64,000 nucleotides of DNA, taken from positions 736,001 through 800,000 of the forward strand of contig OZ244732.1 in NCBI GenBank assembly GCA_965219345.1, in the 5' to 3' direction. This DNA is from Nitrosopumilus sp. Its GTDB lineage: Archaea > Thermoproteota > Nitrososphaeria > Nitrososphaerales > Nitrosopumilaceae. The notes under the pieces were generated by a model. The model worked only from the letters and a program-made list of their open reading frames with translations. It was not told where the DNA came from and ran no database searches. How positions within the stretch are numbered: position 1 is the stretch's first letter; the number at the start of each line of letters is the position of its first letter. Positions 39,956 to 50,642 of the stretch are shown one piece after another. Both the position numbers and the translations under genes were made by a program.

Positions 39956-40939
39956 TTGGAAATGTCTCAAGTAAGATTTGCTATCCCTAAAGGGAGCCTA
40001 GAGGATGCTACGTTCAAACTGTTAGAAAAATCTTGGACCAAAGTAAACAGAAAGAGTAGAGCTTATCGAGTATATCTTGATGATCCAAACATCATCATCA
40101 AGATGCTTCGTCCTCAAGAGATTCCAACTTTGGTTGCAGAGGGATTGTATGATGTGGGTATTACTGGCAAAGATTGGGTAGCTGAAACAAATTCTGATGT
40201 TGAACCCATTTTAGATTTAGAATATGGCAAAATTAGACTGGTTATAGCTTTTCCAGACAAATATCGTTACAAAAATCTTGACGAAATGATTGCAGATTAT
40301 GGCAAAAAGAAAAAAACACTTCGTATATCTTCAGAATATCTTACCACTGCCTCCAAATTTCTAAAACAATTAAAATCTTACAAAAAATATTATGGCTCTA
40401 AAGATCCACTAATTGTAACTCCATGGGTTAGATTGGGAACTAACAAAAATGTCCAAATTCATCTATCCTTTGGCGCAACTGAGGCAAAACCTCCCGAAGA
40501 TGTGGATGCAATAATGGATGTTACTGAAACTGGTACAACTCTAAAACAAAATAAATTGAAAATTGTTGATGAAGTGCTTGCCTCTACCGCACATTTGATT
40601 GTAAACAAGAAATCATTAAAGGATCCAAAAAAACGTGAAAAAATATTTGATATTGTAACCCTTATGAGAGGTGCCGTTCGTGGCAGAAAATATTTGCACA
40701 TTTACCTAAACGTTGAAGAGAAAAATCTGAAAAAACTTCTAACACAGATGCCCTCCCTCAAAAAACCTACATTAAGTCCCCTTAGTGAAAAGGGGTGGTA
40801 TGGGGTAAATACAGTCATAAAAAAAGATGAATTTTACAAACTTATCCCTAAATTGAGGAAGATTGCTCAAGGCCTCGTAGTTCATGAACCGCGACAAATA
40901 CTAGAGCTTGAGGAGATTAAACGTGACGAAGAAAATTGA
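39956..40939 (+). CDS. hisG: ATP phosphoribosyltransferase
   Basis: AIPKGSL, RPQEIP, DVGITGKD, GATE, DVTETGTTL. Confidence 0.94.
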   Translation: MEMSQVRFAIPKGSLEDATFKLLEKSWTKVNRKSRAYRVYLDDPNIIIKMLRPQEIPTLVAEGLYDVGITGKDWVAETNSDVEPILDLEYGKIRLVIAFPDKYRYKNLDEMIADYGKKKKTLRISSEYLTTASKFLKQLKSYKKYYGSKDPLIVTPWVRLGTNKNVQIHLSFGATEAKPPEDVDAIMDVTETGTTLKQNKLKIVDEVLASTAHLIVNKKSLKDPKKREKIFDIVTLMRGAVRGRKYLHIYLNVEEKNLKKLLTQMPSLKKPTLSPLSEKGWYGVNTVIKKDEFYKLIPKLRKIAQGLVVHEPRQILELEEIKRDEEN

Positions 40940-42210
40940 TAAGAATAATCAAAGTCACTAATGTTGAAAAATTTGCAGCCAAAATAATACCAAAACAGCC
41001 TCAAAAAAACAGAAGAATTGTAGAATCTGTTCTAAAAAATGTCAAAAAAAATGGAGACAAAGCAGTCCGTAAGTATGAAAAAAAATTCACTGGCGCAAAT
41101 CTTTCTTCATTACGGTTAACTCAAACAGAGATAAAAAATGCATACTCTAAAGTTTCTAAAACCGAACTCAGCGCATTACGTTTAGCGAAAGCTAGACTTG
41201 AAAAAACAGAATATGCAATTAAATCAATCTTAAAAAATAAAACTATTAACAACGATGGAATTAAAATCTCTAAAAAATTTATTCCGATTCGGAGCGCTGG
41301 ATGTTACATACCGGGTGGATTGGCAAAATATCCAAGCTCTGTAATAATGTCTGTAGTTCCAGCTAAAATTGCTGGTGTTAAAAGAGTTGTAGTAGTATCT
41401 CCTCCAAATTCAGATGGAAAAATTAACCCATTAACAACTGTATCTGCAAATATTTGTGGTGCTGATGAAATTTACAAAACGGGTGGTGCACAATCGATTG
41501 CAGCATTATCATACGGTACCAAGACAATTTCTAAAGTTGATAAAATTGTTGGTCCCGGAGGTTCATTTGTTACTACTGCAAAATCTTTGTTAAGTGATCA
41601 GACTGGAATCGATATGCTTGCAGGTCCGACTGAATTAGGAATTATCGCAGATAATTTAACTAATCCAAAATTTGTTGCACTAGATCTCATTTCTCAGGCT
41701 GAACACAGCCGTGATACTTTTTGTTATTTGATTACGACTTCTGAAAAACTTGCAAAATCTGTTCGCACAATTATCTCTGAACTAATGCCAAAAATCCAAA
41801 GAGGAAATTTTGTAAAATCCAGTCTAAAAAATAATGGATTTATTGCAATCTGCCAAACTAAATCTGATATGATACAACTTGCAAATACTTTGGCACCTGA
41901 ACACTTGGAAATAATGGCAAAAAATCCTGAGTCACTTTCCTCAAAAATCACTACGCCAGGACTAATTTTGCTTGGAAACAATACCCCTTCATCTGCTAGT
42001 GACTATGTTTTAGGCTCAAATCACATTCTTCCTACCAATGGATTTGGAAAAACTCGTGGGTCACTTTCAGTTTTAGACTTTATCAAGGTAAACACGCAGG
42101 TTACCTGCTCAAAATCATCACTATCCAAAATTTCAAAATACCTTGAAGTTTTAACGAATGCCGAAGGGCTTCCCAATCACTATGAGGCAGTTCGAGGTAG
42201 ACTAAAATGA
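40936..42210 (+). CDS. hisD: histidinol dehydrogenase
   Basis: YIPGG, GGAQSIAAL, IDMLAGPTE, SQAEH, APEHL, GSNHILPT. Confidence 0.95.
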   Translation: MIRIIKVTNVEKFAAKIIPKQPQKNRRIVESVLKNVKKNGDKAVRKYEKKFTGANLSSLRLTQTEIKNAYSKVSKTELSALRLAKARLEKTEYAIKSILKNKTINNDGIKISKKFIPIRSAGCYIPGGLAKYPSSVIMSVVPAKIAGVKRVVVVSPPNSDGKINPLTTVSANICGADEIYKTGGAQSIAALSYGTKTISKVDKIVGPGGSFVTTAKSLLSDQTGIDMLAGPTELGIIADNLTNPKFVALDLISQAEHSRDTFCYLITTSEKLAKSVRTIISELMPKIQRGNFVKSSLKNNGFIAICQTKSDMIQLANTLAPEHLEIMAKNPESLSSKITTPGLILLGNNTPSSASDYVLGSNHILPTNGFGKTRGSLSVLDFIKVNTQVTCSKSSLSKISKYLEVLTNAEGLPNHYEAVRGRLK

Positions 42211-43277
42211 AAAAAAACTGGTTTAAAGAAAAAACAAAGAAATTTTCTTCCATTGGAGGATACCAAAAACCTGGACTTAATCAGAATGCATTAAAGCTTG
42301 ATTCCAATGAAAATTATGTAATTTCAAAACAGTTTCAAAATGACATTATATCATCAGCAAGAAAAGCTTCTGACGTAAGAGAATATCCACTTGGCGGAGT
42401 AGAACGCCTGATCCAGATGATATCTAAATTTGTTAAAGTGCCTTCTTCAATGATTGGTGTTGGTAACGGCTCTGATCAAATTTTGGATTTGATACTTTCC
42501 AATTTTGCGTCAAAGCAGACCAAAATTCTTACTTCTAATCCTACTTTTGGATTTTTTGAAGAGAGATGTAAATTATATTCAATACCATTGATTGCAATTC
42601 CATTTTCAAATGATATGAAATTAGACATTAAAGATTTTGTTAAACAATCTAAAAATGCGGATATACTATACCTTGACTCTCCAAACAATCCTACGGGATT
42701 TCAGTTTTCAAAAAATGAATTGCAAAGACTCATCAAATCTTTTAATGGTCTTATAATAATTGATGAGGCCTATGGAGAATTTGGTGACTATTCTCTCTCA
42801 AGTATGGTAAAAACTCAAGAAAATCTAATTGTCGTGCAAACTCTTTCAAAATCATTTGGATTAGCTGGACTTAGACTTGGATATTTCATTGCTAATAAGA
42901 AATTCACTAAAATCTTTATGGATGTCTTACAATATCCATATCCTCTAAGTACCATCACTATCGAATCTGGAATTCTAGCTTTAAAAAAATTAAAACCTAT
43001 GAAAAATGCAGCAATTAACATCAAACTTGAAAGAAAAAGAATTATTAAGAATTTACAGAAATATGATTCCTTTCAGGTCTTTGATTCCAAGGCTAATTTT
43101 GTGCTATTTGACGCCCAAGGAATCTACAAACGAGTCCATTCAGCACTTGCTGAGCAAGGAATTTCGACTCGAAAACTAGGAAAAATAGGAAATCATGGAG
43201 GATGTCTTAGAGTAACAATTGGAACAAAAGAAATGAACTCAAAATTTTTACTAGCTATTCGTGATTTATTAGGATGA
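42207..43277 (+). CDS. hisC: histidinol-phosphate aminotransferase
   Basis: LDSNEN, GNGSDQ, SPNNPTG, IDEAY, TLSKSFGLAGLRLGY. Confidence 0.93.
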   Translation: MKKNWFKEKTKKFSSIGGYQKPGLNQNALKLDSNENYVISKQFQNDIISSARKASDVREYPLGGVERLIQMISKFVKVPSSMIGVGNGSDQILDLILSNFASKQTKILTSNPTFGFFEERCKLYSIPLIAIPFSNDMKLDIKDFVKQSKNADILYLDSPNNPTGFQFSKNELQRLIKSFNGLIIIDEAYGEFGDYSLSSMVKTQENLIVVQTLSKSFGLAGLRLGYFIANKKFTKIFMDVLQYPYPLSTITIESGILALKKLKPMKNAAINIKLERKRIIKNLQKYDSFQVFDSKANFVLFDAQGIYKRVHSALAEQGISTRKLGKIGNHGGCLRVTIGTKEMNSKFLLAIRDLLG

Positions 43278-44248
43278 CTTTAACAAAAAAATCTGAAGGG
43301 ATCTACGTTGATGATTCTTACATTGATGTCCTAAATGAAATTGATGCTATAATTTTTGATTGCGATGGCGTTTTAATTGACGTTTCAAAATCATATGATT
43401 CAGCAATACTTAAAACAACTCGATATGTTTTAGAGAATTTTGCAAAAATTAATGATTCCATAGATGTGGATTTTAAAATAATTGATGGATTCAAGTCAAC
43501 AGGCGGATTCAATGATGAAGTTGATCTAACATATGCTGCAATAATTTCTCTAGTTGCAGCAAAAAAATTAGAAAAAGATCAAACAAGTTTTATCTTTGAT
43601 GTAATAAAAAATGCCGATTCTAGTGGCATAATATCTGTGGAAAAATATCTTGAAAATCAAGTTGACATTTCTGATATCAAAAAGCAATTATCCTATCCTG
43701 GAATTCATCATGAAAATCCGCTGTATCAAATATTTGATCAACTTTTTTACGGACCTGAATTATATCGGAAATTATTTAGAAACACTTCAAAATTTTCCGA
43801 GTCTGGTTTAATTGAGCAAGATGATGTAATTTTGAATAATTCATTGCTTGAAAAATTACAAAATAAACTTGACTCCAAAATTGCAGTGGTAACAGGCAGA
43901 GGAAAAGAATCTATCAGCTATTCCTTAAAGACGTTATTAGAAAAATTTGATCTGAAAAATTCTGTGTTTCTAGAAGATGAATCAAGGGAGCTCGCAAAAC
44001 CAAATCCTCGATCACTCATAAATGCGATTAACGGAATGAATGGTATCTCTACTCTGTTTGTTGGAGATTCTATGGAAGATTTTATCATGGCTACTAAGGC
44101 CACCAACTTGGGAAGCAAAACCACTTTTTGTGGAATTATTGGTACTACCAAAAATCCACAAGAAAAACTTGAATTATTTCAGCGAAACGGAGCCATTCTA
44201 GTATTAGATTCAATCCATCTACTTCCGAAGGTATTAAATTTAGAATAA
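43274..44248 (+). CDS. HAD-superfamily hydrolase (candidate histidinol-phosphate phosphatase)
   Basis: FDCDGVLID, VTGR, KPNP, VGDSMED; position within his operon. Confidence 0.8.
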   Translation: MTLTKKSEGIYVDDSYIDVLNEIDAIIFDCDGVLIDVSKSYDSAILKTTRYVLENFAKINDSIDVDFKIIDGFKSTGGFNDEVDLTYAAIISLVAAKKLEKDQTSFIFDVIKNADSSGIISVEKYLENQVDISDIKKQLSYPGIHHENPLYQIFDQLFYGPELYRKLFRNTSKFSESGLIEQDDVILNNSLLEKLQNKLDSKIAVVTGRGKESISYSLKTLLEKFDLKNSVFLEDESRELAKPNPRSLINAINGMNGISTLFVGDSMEDFIMATKATNLGSKTTFCGIIGTTKNPQEKLELFQRNGAILVLDSIHLLPKVLNLE

Positions 44249-44274
44249 AGCAGATCACATAACCTGTGAGAAAT

Positions 44275-44862
44275 ATGAAACCGCGAAAGGCATCAATTAA
44301 ACGAAGTACCAAAGAAACAAGCGTTCAAGTATCCGTTAATCTAGATGGAACTGGAAAAACAAGCATTAAAACCGGCATTAATTTTCTTGATCACTTGATT
44401 GTATCGTTTGGTACACATAGTATGATGGATCTGAAAGTTGACGCAAAATCAAATGATGGAATTGAACACCACCTAATTGAGGATACTGCAATTTCGATAG
44501 GACAAGCAATTGATAAAGCATTGAGCTCAAGAAGTGGAATTACAAGATTCAGCTATGCATCTGTTCCAATGGATGAGTCTCTTGCTGAAGCTTCAATTGA
44601 TTTAGTAAAACGTCCATTTTGGAAGTTAACTTTGTCAATTAAACGAAGTAAAATTGAAGGCATCTCCAAAGAAGATCTGGAACACTTTTTCCAGTCACTT
44701 CTTCAGAATCTTAACAGCTGCATTCACCTCACTGTAAAGTATGGCGAAAATGATCATCACAAGGTTGAGGCTGCCATAAAGTCACTTGCTGTTGCATTAA
44801 GATCAGCTTTATCGTATGATAAAAAACAAAAAGGTATTCCAAGTACGAAAGGTTCAATGTAA
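44275..44862 (+). CDS. hisB: imidazoleglycerol-phosphate dehydratase
   Basis: [36 protein letters not shown]. Confidence 0.95.
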   Translation: MKPRKASIKRSTKETSVQVSVNLDGTGKTSIKTGINFLDHLIVSFGTHSMMDLKVDAKSNDGIEHHLIEDTAISIGQAIDKALSSRSGITRFSYASVPMDESLAEASIDLVKRPFWKLTLSIKRSKIEGISKEDLEHFFQSLLQNLNSCIHLTVKYGENDHHKVEAAIKSLAVALRSALSYDKKQKGIPSTKGSM

Positions 44863-45467
44863 TGGTCAAAGTAGCAATATTTGATTATGGCGCTGGAAAT
44901 ATTTTCAGCCTTAAAAATTCATTTGAAAATGCGGGAGCTTCGGTTGATGTAATTAATAATTTCAAGAAACCTAATGAATATTCTGGTTTGTTGCTTCCTG
45001 GTGTAGGAAACTTTGATCCTGCAGTCAAAAGTATTATTCAATCTTCAAAAACTGGATTCAAGGACTTTGTAAATGACACTCCTGTTTTAGGAATCTGTCT
45101 TGGAATGGAAATGTTTTTTGAAAAAAGTGAAGAGGGAAAAGAAGAAGGCCTTGGGGTAATGGATGGTGAGGTAATTGTTCTTCCTGACACCATGAAAGTC
45201 CCTCACATGGGATGGAATGATTTAGAGATAAAAAAACCAGGCAAACTTCTAGAAGGGGTTGAGAATGGTTCTTGGGTTTATTTTGTACACTCGTATAGGG
45301 CTAAACCAAATTCCAATGATATAATCACTGCAGAATCTGATTATGGAATTAAAGTTCCAGCAATAGTTGAACAAGACAACTTTTTTGGGACTCAATTTCA
45401 TCCAGAAAAATCCAGCTCCGTTGGAAAAATTATGATAAAGAACTTTCTTGATGTGTGTAAAAGATGA
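44862..45467 (+). CDS. hisH: imidazole glycerol phosphate synthase glutaminase subunit
   Basis: DYGAGN, LPGVG, GICLGM, PHMGWN, YFVHSY, QFHPEKS. Confidence 0.96.
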   Translation: MVKVAIFDYGAGNIFSLKNSFENAGASVDVINNFKKPNEYSGLLLPGVGNFDPAVKSIIQSSKTGFKDFVNDTPVLGICLGMEMFFEKSEEGKEEGLGVMDGEVIVLPDTMKVPHMGWNDLEIKKPGKLLEGVENGSWVYFVHSYRAKPNSNDIITAESDYGIKVPAIVEQDNFFGTQFHPEKSSSVGKIMIKNFLDVCKR

Positions 45468-46171
45468 AAATCATTCCCGCAATTGATCTAATGGATGGCC
45501 AAGTAGTTCGGCTCTACAAAGGTGATCCAAAGCGAAAAACAGTGTATAGTGATAATCCTGTTGAAATTGCAAAAAAATGGGAGGCAGATGGTGCTGATAT
45601 GTTGCATATAGTTGATTTAGATGCAACTTTGGGAATTGGCTCTAATCTTTCAATAGTAAAGAAAATTCTGGAGGAAATTTCAATCCCGGTTGAAGTTGCT
45701 GGAGGCCTACGAGATGAGTCATTGATTCTAGATGTCATCAAAATTTCAAGCAGAATAGTAATTGGAACTTTAGCCTTTGAAGACAAAGAGCTTGTTAAAA
45801 AATTACTCTTATCCTTGGGACCTGAAAAAATTGTAATTTCAGTTGATCACAAAGATGGTGAAACAGTAATACATGGTTGGCAAGATAGTGCTGGAATCAA
45901 ACCAATTGATGCAATCAAAGAATTTCTTGATATGGGATTTACAGAATTCTTATTGACAAATATTAGTCGTGATGGGACACTTGAAGGGCCTGATTTGGAG
46001 TTTCTAGCACAAGCATGTCAATTAGAGAATACAAATGTAATTGCAAGTGGTGGAATTTCAAATGTTGATGATGTTAAGGATGTAAAAGAAAAAAATGCAT
46101 TTGGAGTTATACTTGGAAAGGCTCTTTATGAAAATAAAATATCAATTGAGGAGGCAAAGAAGATAGTATGA
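45464..46171 (+). CDS. hisA: ProFAR isomerase
   Basis: [33 protein letters not shown]. Confidence 0.95.
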   Translation: MKIIPAIDLMDGQVVRLYKGDPKRKTVYSDNPVEIAKKWEADGADMLHIVDLDATLGIGSNLSIVKKILEEISIPVEVAGGLRDESLILDVIKISSRIVIGTLAFEDKELVKKLLLSLGPEKIVISVDHKDGETVIHGWQDSAGIKPIDAIKEFLDMGFTEFLLTNISRDGTLEGPDLEFLAQACQLENTNVIASGGISNVDDVKDVKEKNAFGVILGKALYENKISIEEAKKIV

Positions 46172-46971
46172 CTTTGACAAAACGAATCATTCCCTGTCTT
46201 GATGTAAAGAATGGCAGAGTTGTCAAGGGACTTCGTTTTGAATCAACTAAGGATGCAGGTGATCCTGTTGAACTTGCTGAAAAGTATAGCAATGAAGGAG
46301 CTGATGAGCTTGTATTTTTGGATATTACTGCATCTGATGAACAAAGAGAGATCATTAAAGATTTAGTAAGAAAAGTTGCATCAGTAATTGATATTCCATT
46401 TACTGTTGGCGGTGGTGTTAAATCATTAGAGGATGCTAGGAATATCCTTCTAAATGGTGCTGATAAAGTTGGAATTAATACTGGTGCTATAAAGAACCCA
46501 CAAGTAATTACTGAATTGATGGAACTCTTTGGCCGTCAATGTATTGTAGTTGCAATTGATGTTAAAAGAAATTTTGATGTTGATAATGAAAAAAATATTT
46601 TCACTGAAAATGATAAAAAATTCTGGTTTGAAGTTTTCATCTATGGTGGAAAGGAAAAAACAGGAATCGATGCCATTTCATGGGCAAAAAAAGCAGAAAA
46701 TCTTGGTGCTGGCGAAATTCTTCTTACTAGTATTGATAAGGATGGAACAAAAGATGGCTATGATATTTTGCTTACAAAATCAATTGTTGATTCAGTATCC
46801 ATTCCAGTAATAGCATCTGGTGGCTGCGGAAATCCTGATGATATGGTGGATGTATTCAGGGAGTCAAATGTTGATGCCGCACTTGCTGCTTCAATTTTTC
46901 ACTATCAGGCTCATGGGGTGAACGGTGTTAAGACACATCTTAAAGGGAAAGAAATTCCTGTAAGATTATAA
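46168..46971 (+). CDS. hisF: imidazole glycerol phosphate synthase cyclase subunit
   Basis: [40 protein letters not shown]. Confidence 0.96.
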   Translation: MTLTKRIIPCLDVKNGRVVKGLRFESTKDAGDPVELAEKYSNEGADELVFLDITASDEQREIIKDLVRKVASVIDIPFTVGGGVKSLEDARNILLNGADKVGINTGAIKNPQVITELMELFGRQCIVVAIDVKRNFDVDNEKNIFTENDKKFWFEVFIYGGKEKTGIDAISWAKKAENLGAGEILLTSIDKDGTKDGYDILLTKSIVDSVSIPVIASGGCGNPDDMVDVFRESNVDAALAASIFHYQAHGVNGVKTHLKGKEIPVRL

Positions 46972-46994
46972 TAGCTATTTCTCGAGTCATAACT

Positions 46995-47324
46995 ATGCAA
47001 AAATCCATTGATGATATAGATTTTGAAAAAAGTGGCGGATTAATTCCAATTATAGTTCAGGACGCAACTACAAAAGATGTTTTGACACTTGCCTATTCCA
47101 ATAAGGAATCTCTTGAACTAACAAAGAAAACTGGAAACTCTTGGTTTTGGAGTCGTTCAAGAAATAAACTTTGGATGAAAGGTGAAGAATCAGGCAATAC
47201 TCAAAAGGTAAAAGAAATTCTTGTTGATTGTGATTCCGATGCAATTATTTATCTTGTCGAACCGTTGGGACCAGCTTGCCATACTGGTGAACGAGTTTGT
47301 TTTCACAATAATTTAGAAAAATAA
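46995..47324 (+). CDS. hisI: phosphoribosyl-AMP cyclohydrolase
   Basis: WSRSR..LWMKGEESG, DCDSD, ACHTGERVCF. Confidence 0.95.
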   Translation: MQKSIDDIDFEKSGGLIPIIVQDATTKDVLTLAYSNKESLELTKKTGNSWFWSRSRNKLWMKGEESGNTQKVKEILVDCDSDAIIYLVEPLGPACHTGERVCFHNNLEK

Positions 47325-47325
47325 T

Positions 47326-47796
47326 CTAACAAATTGGTTTTATGTGTGCTCCAGGAACAACTCTTTCATCAATTTCAAAATCTAGGTTTGAATAATTAGT
47401 TCCTCTAAAAACTAATGACCATTTTCCAATCAAGTCGTCAACAGAACAAAATACATCATATTCTTCAAGTCCAGGTTCAAAATAAAAATTAAATTTTGAT
47501 TTTTTAGCTCCATCAAATGGAACTGAATCCCATACTAACTGATGAGTTGCATTCCCCGGTCTCATTATATCAATCTGCCCTTTCTCATCAAATTCTAGTC
47601 CATCAGCTACCATGAAGATCTTTTCACCTATGGCATATTTACTTCGATCAATCTCAAATGGTCCTGAAGACTGCCATTCTTTTGGTAATGGTTTGTAATC
47701 TGCATCCTCTGATTCTTGATATGGCACAAAAATTAAAGTCAAAATTATTGCAAGAATTACTATTCCTCCAACAATAATTACCGGACTCGTTTTCAT
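47326..47796 (-). CDS. hypothetical membrane-anchored protein
   Basis: N-terminal TM helix; SGPFEIDRSKYAIGEKIF. Confidence 0.7.
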   Translation of the reverse strand: MKTSPVIIVGGIVILAIILTLIFVPYQESEDADYKPLPKEWQSSGPFEIDRSKYAIGEKIFMVADGLEFDEKGQIDIMRPGNATHQLVWDSVPFDGAKKSKFNFYFEPGLEEYDVFCSVDDLIGKWSLVFRGTNYSNLDFEIDERVVPGAHIKPIC

Positions 47797-47955
47797 ATGA
47801 GAAAATCTTTTAAAAAAATCTCTAAAAACCTTACCATTAATAAAAAATCAATAAAAAGTAGCTTTTTTCTGAATATTTCCTAAAACTATGGGCCACTTTG
47901 AAGCTTTTTCCTATATTTGTGCCAAAATTATCACTATATTTTACCTTCATTAAAA

Positions 47956-47970
47956 TTAAGTAATACTTAA
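47956..47970. promoter_or_regulatory. perfect palindrome upstream of threonine synthase-like gene (candidate operator)
   Basis: TTAAGTA-A-TACTTAA about 50 bp upstream of the start; SD-like AAGGAG before TTG. Confidence 0.35.
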
Positions 47971-48017
47971 CTTGATATTAGGATTTTTTATGTATATTCT
48001 AAAAGGAGTAACTAATC

Positions 48018-49232
48018 TTGGCTAGAACATTATTGCAGTGCAGAGAGTGTAAAAGAGAGTACGAACCTACTTTCAAGTATATTTGTGATGACTGTTTCGG
48101 ACCACTTGATGTAAGGTATGATTTTCCAACAGTTACCAGGGATACATTTTCTAATCGTGAGCAAACGTATTGGCGATATTTTGAATTACTCCCAATAGAA
48201 GACAAATCAAATATTGTAAGCATTGATGCAGGAATGACACCATTAACCAAAGCAGAAAAACTGGGTGAAAAACTTGGTTTGAAAAATCTTTACATCAAAA
48301 ATGATTCCGTTAATCCAACATTTTCATTTAAAGACAGACCTGCAGGTGTTGCAGTATCAAAAGCAAAGGAGTTTGGATTATCAGCTGTTGGTTGTGCATC
48401 CACTGGTAATTTGGCATCAGCTACTGCAGCTCATGCCGCAAAAGGCGGATTTCCATGTCATGTATTTGCTCCAAGTAACATCGAGATGGCAAAAATTGCA
48501 CAAGCATTATCGTATGGTGCAAACTACATTGCAGTTGATGGAACATATGACGATGCAAACAGAATTGCTGCACAAATAGGCGACAGTAAAGGAATTGGAA
48601 TCGTAAATATTAATATGCGTTCCCACTATGTTGAAGGCTCTAAAACTTTGGCATATGAAGTTGCAGAACAGCTTGACTGGCAGGTACCTGATCAACTAAT
48701 AGTTCCAGTAGGCAGTGGTGCAATGCTTAACGCAATTTGTAAGGGATTTGAAGAACTACAACAGGTATCGTTGTTAAATGATGTAACTGGCATGCACATG
48801 ATTGCAGCACAGCCGCACGGATGTGCTCCCATTGTTGATGCATTTAAGAAAAATTCCAAAGAAATTGTTCCAGTTGAATACCCTGATACTGTAGCAAAGA
48901 GCTTGGCAATAGGTGATCCTGGAGATGGAAGATATGTGTTAAAACGACTGGCACAATACAATGGATTTGCAGAAGAATGTAACGATAAAGAAATTTTAGA
49001 TGCTATACTACTTTTAGCAAGAACAGAAGGCATATTCACAGAGCCTGCAGGAGGCGTTTCCGTTGCTGTACTGCGAAAGATGGTAGAGCAAGGAAAGATT
49101 GACAAAAACGACAGAGTAGTGTGTTATGTTACTGGAAACGGACTCAAGGCAACCGAATCAATCATGGAAGTGTTACAAAAGCCAAAAGTAATGAAAGCAG
49201 ATATTGCAGAAATTTCGACGGTGGTAAACTAG
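48018..49232 (+). CDS. thrC: threonine synthase (PLP fold II)
   Basis: N-terminal Zn ribbon, NPTFSFKDR, CASTGN, EGSKT, VPVGSG, TEPAG, TGNGLK. Confidence 0.88.
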   Translation: MARTLLQCRECKREYEPTFKYICDDCFGPLDVRYDFPTVTRDTFSNREQTYWRYFELLPIEDKSNIVSIDAGMTPLTKAEKLGEKLGLKNLYIKNDSVNPTFSFKDRPAGVAVSKAKEFGLSAVGCASTGNLASATAAHAAKGGFPCHVFAPSNIEMAKIAQALSYGANYIAVDGTYDDANRIAAQIGDSKGIGIVNINMRSHYVEGSKTLAYEVAEQLDWQVPDQLIVPVGSGAMLNAICKGFEELQQVSLLNDVTGMHMIAAQPHGCAPIVDAFKKNSKEIVPVEYPDTVAKSLAIGDPGDGRYVLKRLAQYNGFAEECNDKEILDAILLLARTEGIFTEPAGGVSVAVLRKMVEQGKIDKNDRVVCYVTGNGLKATESIMEVLQKPKVMKADIAEISTVVN

Positions 49233-49234
49233 TA

Positions 49235-50575
49235 ATGGCAAACATCACATTTACAATTCCATCCGTGCTAAACCAGGGAGGCGGTGAGAAAAAGACTGAG
49301 ATCTCAGCTGATTCTCTTCACGATGCGTTTGCAAAGATATCTGAAGCAATGGGCGATGATTTCAAGCGCAGAGTTTTAGAAAATGACGAAACTCCACGAT
49401 CTTTGATTAACATTTACATCAACGGAAAAAATGCCAAGTTTACTAATGGTATGGAAACCGCCCTTGAAGACGGTGACGAAGTCTACATATTGCCAGCAGT
49501 GGCAGGTGGTTCTGAAGAACTGTCCAATAAGGAATTGGACAGATTCTCTAGACAAGTAATGCTGGAAGAGATTGGTTATCAGGGTCAACTGAAATTAAAG
49601 AATGCCAAAGTTTGCGTCGTTGGTACCGGCGGCCTTGGTAATCCAATTACTACGAGACTTGCCGCAATGGGCATTGGTACTTTGCGTATTGTTGATCGGG
49701 ATGTAATTGAATTATCCAATCTGCATAGACAGACAATGTTTGATGAAGATGATGTGGGACAAGTAAAAGTCGAAGTTGCCGCAAAGAAATTGCAAAAACT
49801 AAATCCTGATTGCAAGATAGAGGCACTGGCAGTATCAGTCAATGATTATACTGCACTGGAAGTAGTTGAGGGATGCGATGTCGTAGTTGATGCCCTAGAT
49901 AGTGTCAATGCAAGATATGCATTAAACAAGGCATGTGTAAAGTATGGAATTCCGTTTGTTACGGGCGCTGCAGTTGGGGTATCTGGGCAAATATTTACAA
50001 TACTTCCTGGAACCAGTGCATGCTATCACTGCATGTTTCCTGCATTAGATGAGGATGCAATGCCTACATGCAGCATTGAGGGAGTACATCCGTCCATACT
50101 GTCTGTCGTTGGCGGAATCGAGGTTGCCGAAGCAGTCAAAGTAATTCTTGGCAAAAAACCAAGTCTCTCTGAAAAAATATTACATATTGATATTGAAAGT
50201 CTTGACTTTGCAAGTACCCGAACTTTCAAAGCAGAGGAATGTCCGGTCTGTGGTTCCGGCAAATTAGAGCAAGTGGCAAAAGAAGAGCTGTTGTTAGAGG
50301 AACTATGTGGCAGAAATCGCGGAAAGAGAACGTTCTCCATAACACCTACTGCTACCTTTGATCTTGATGTCAATTCTGTAACCTGCGCTGCAAAAGAAAA
50401 GGGATTTTTAGTTGAGAATCAAAGTGACCTTGGATTATCACTGCGAACAAATGCGATGTCAGTTAGTTTCATGAAGAAAGGCTCTGCAGTTGTTGTTGGA
50501 CCAAAAGATGGGCAAGAAGCTATTTCACTATACAAAGAATTGTTAGGAAAAGAGACAATCAAAACAGCAAATTAG
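49235..50575 (+). CDS. MoaD/SAMP-like Ubl fused to ThiF/MoeB (E1-like) adenylyltransferase
   Basis: INIYINGK..GDEVYILPAVAGG then RFSRQV, GTGGLG, DRDVIELSNLHRQ, CYHC, CPVC. Confidence 0.9.
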   Translation: MANITFTIPSVLNQGGGEKKTEISADSLHDAFAKISEAMGDDFKRRVLENDETPRSLINIYINGKNAKFTNGMETALEDGDEVYILPAVAGGSEELSNKELDRFSRQVMLEEIGYQGQLKLKNAKVCVVGTGGLGNPITTRLAAMGIGTLRIVDRDVIELSNLHRQTMFDEDDVGQVKVEVAAKKLQKLNPDCKIEALAVSVNDYTALEVVEGCDVVVDALDSVNARYALNKACVKYGIPFVTGAAVGVSGQIFTILPGTSACYHCMFPALDEDAMPTCSIEGVHPSILSVVGGIEVAEAVKVILGKKPSLSEKILHIDIESLDFASTRTFKAEECPVCGSGKLEQVAKEELLLEELCGRNRGKRTFSITPTATFDLDVNSVTCAAKEKGFLVENQSDLGLSLRTNAMSVSFMKKGSAVVVGPKDGQEAISLYKELLGKETIKTAN

Positions 50576-50642
50576 TCATCCGGCATTCTGAAATTAATCT
50601 GCCAACTAAATCATTATATTATTTCATCATATCCCACTTGTA

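Noticed and set aside
39956-47324. Absence of hisE from the his cluster as a novelty
   Set aside because: It may be encoded elsewhere in the genome; cannot be judged from one window.
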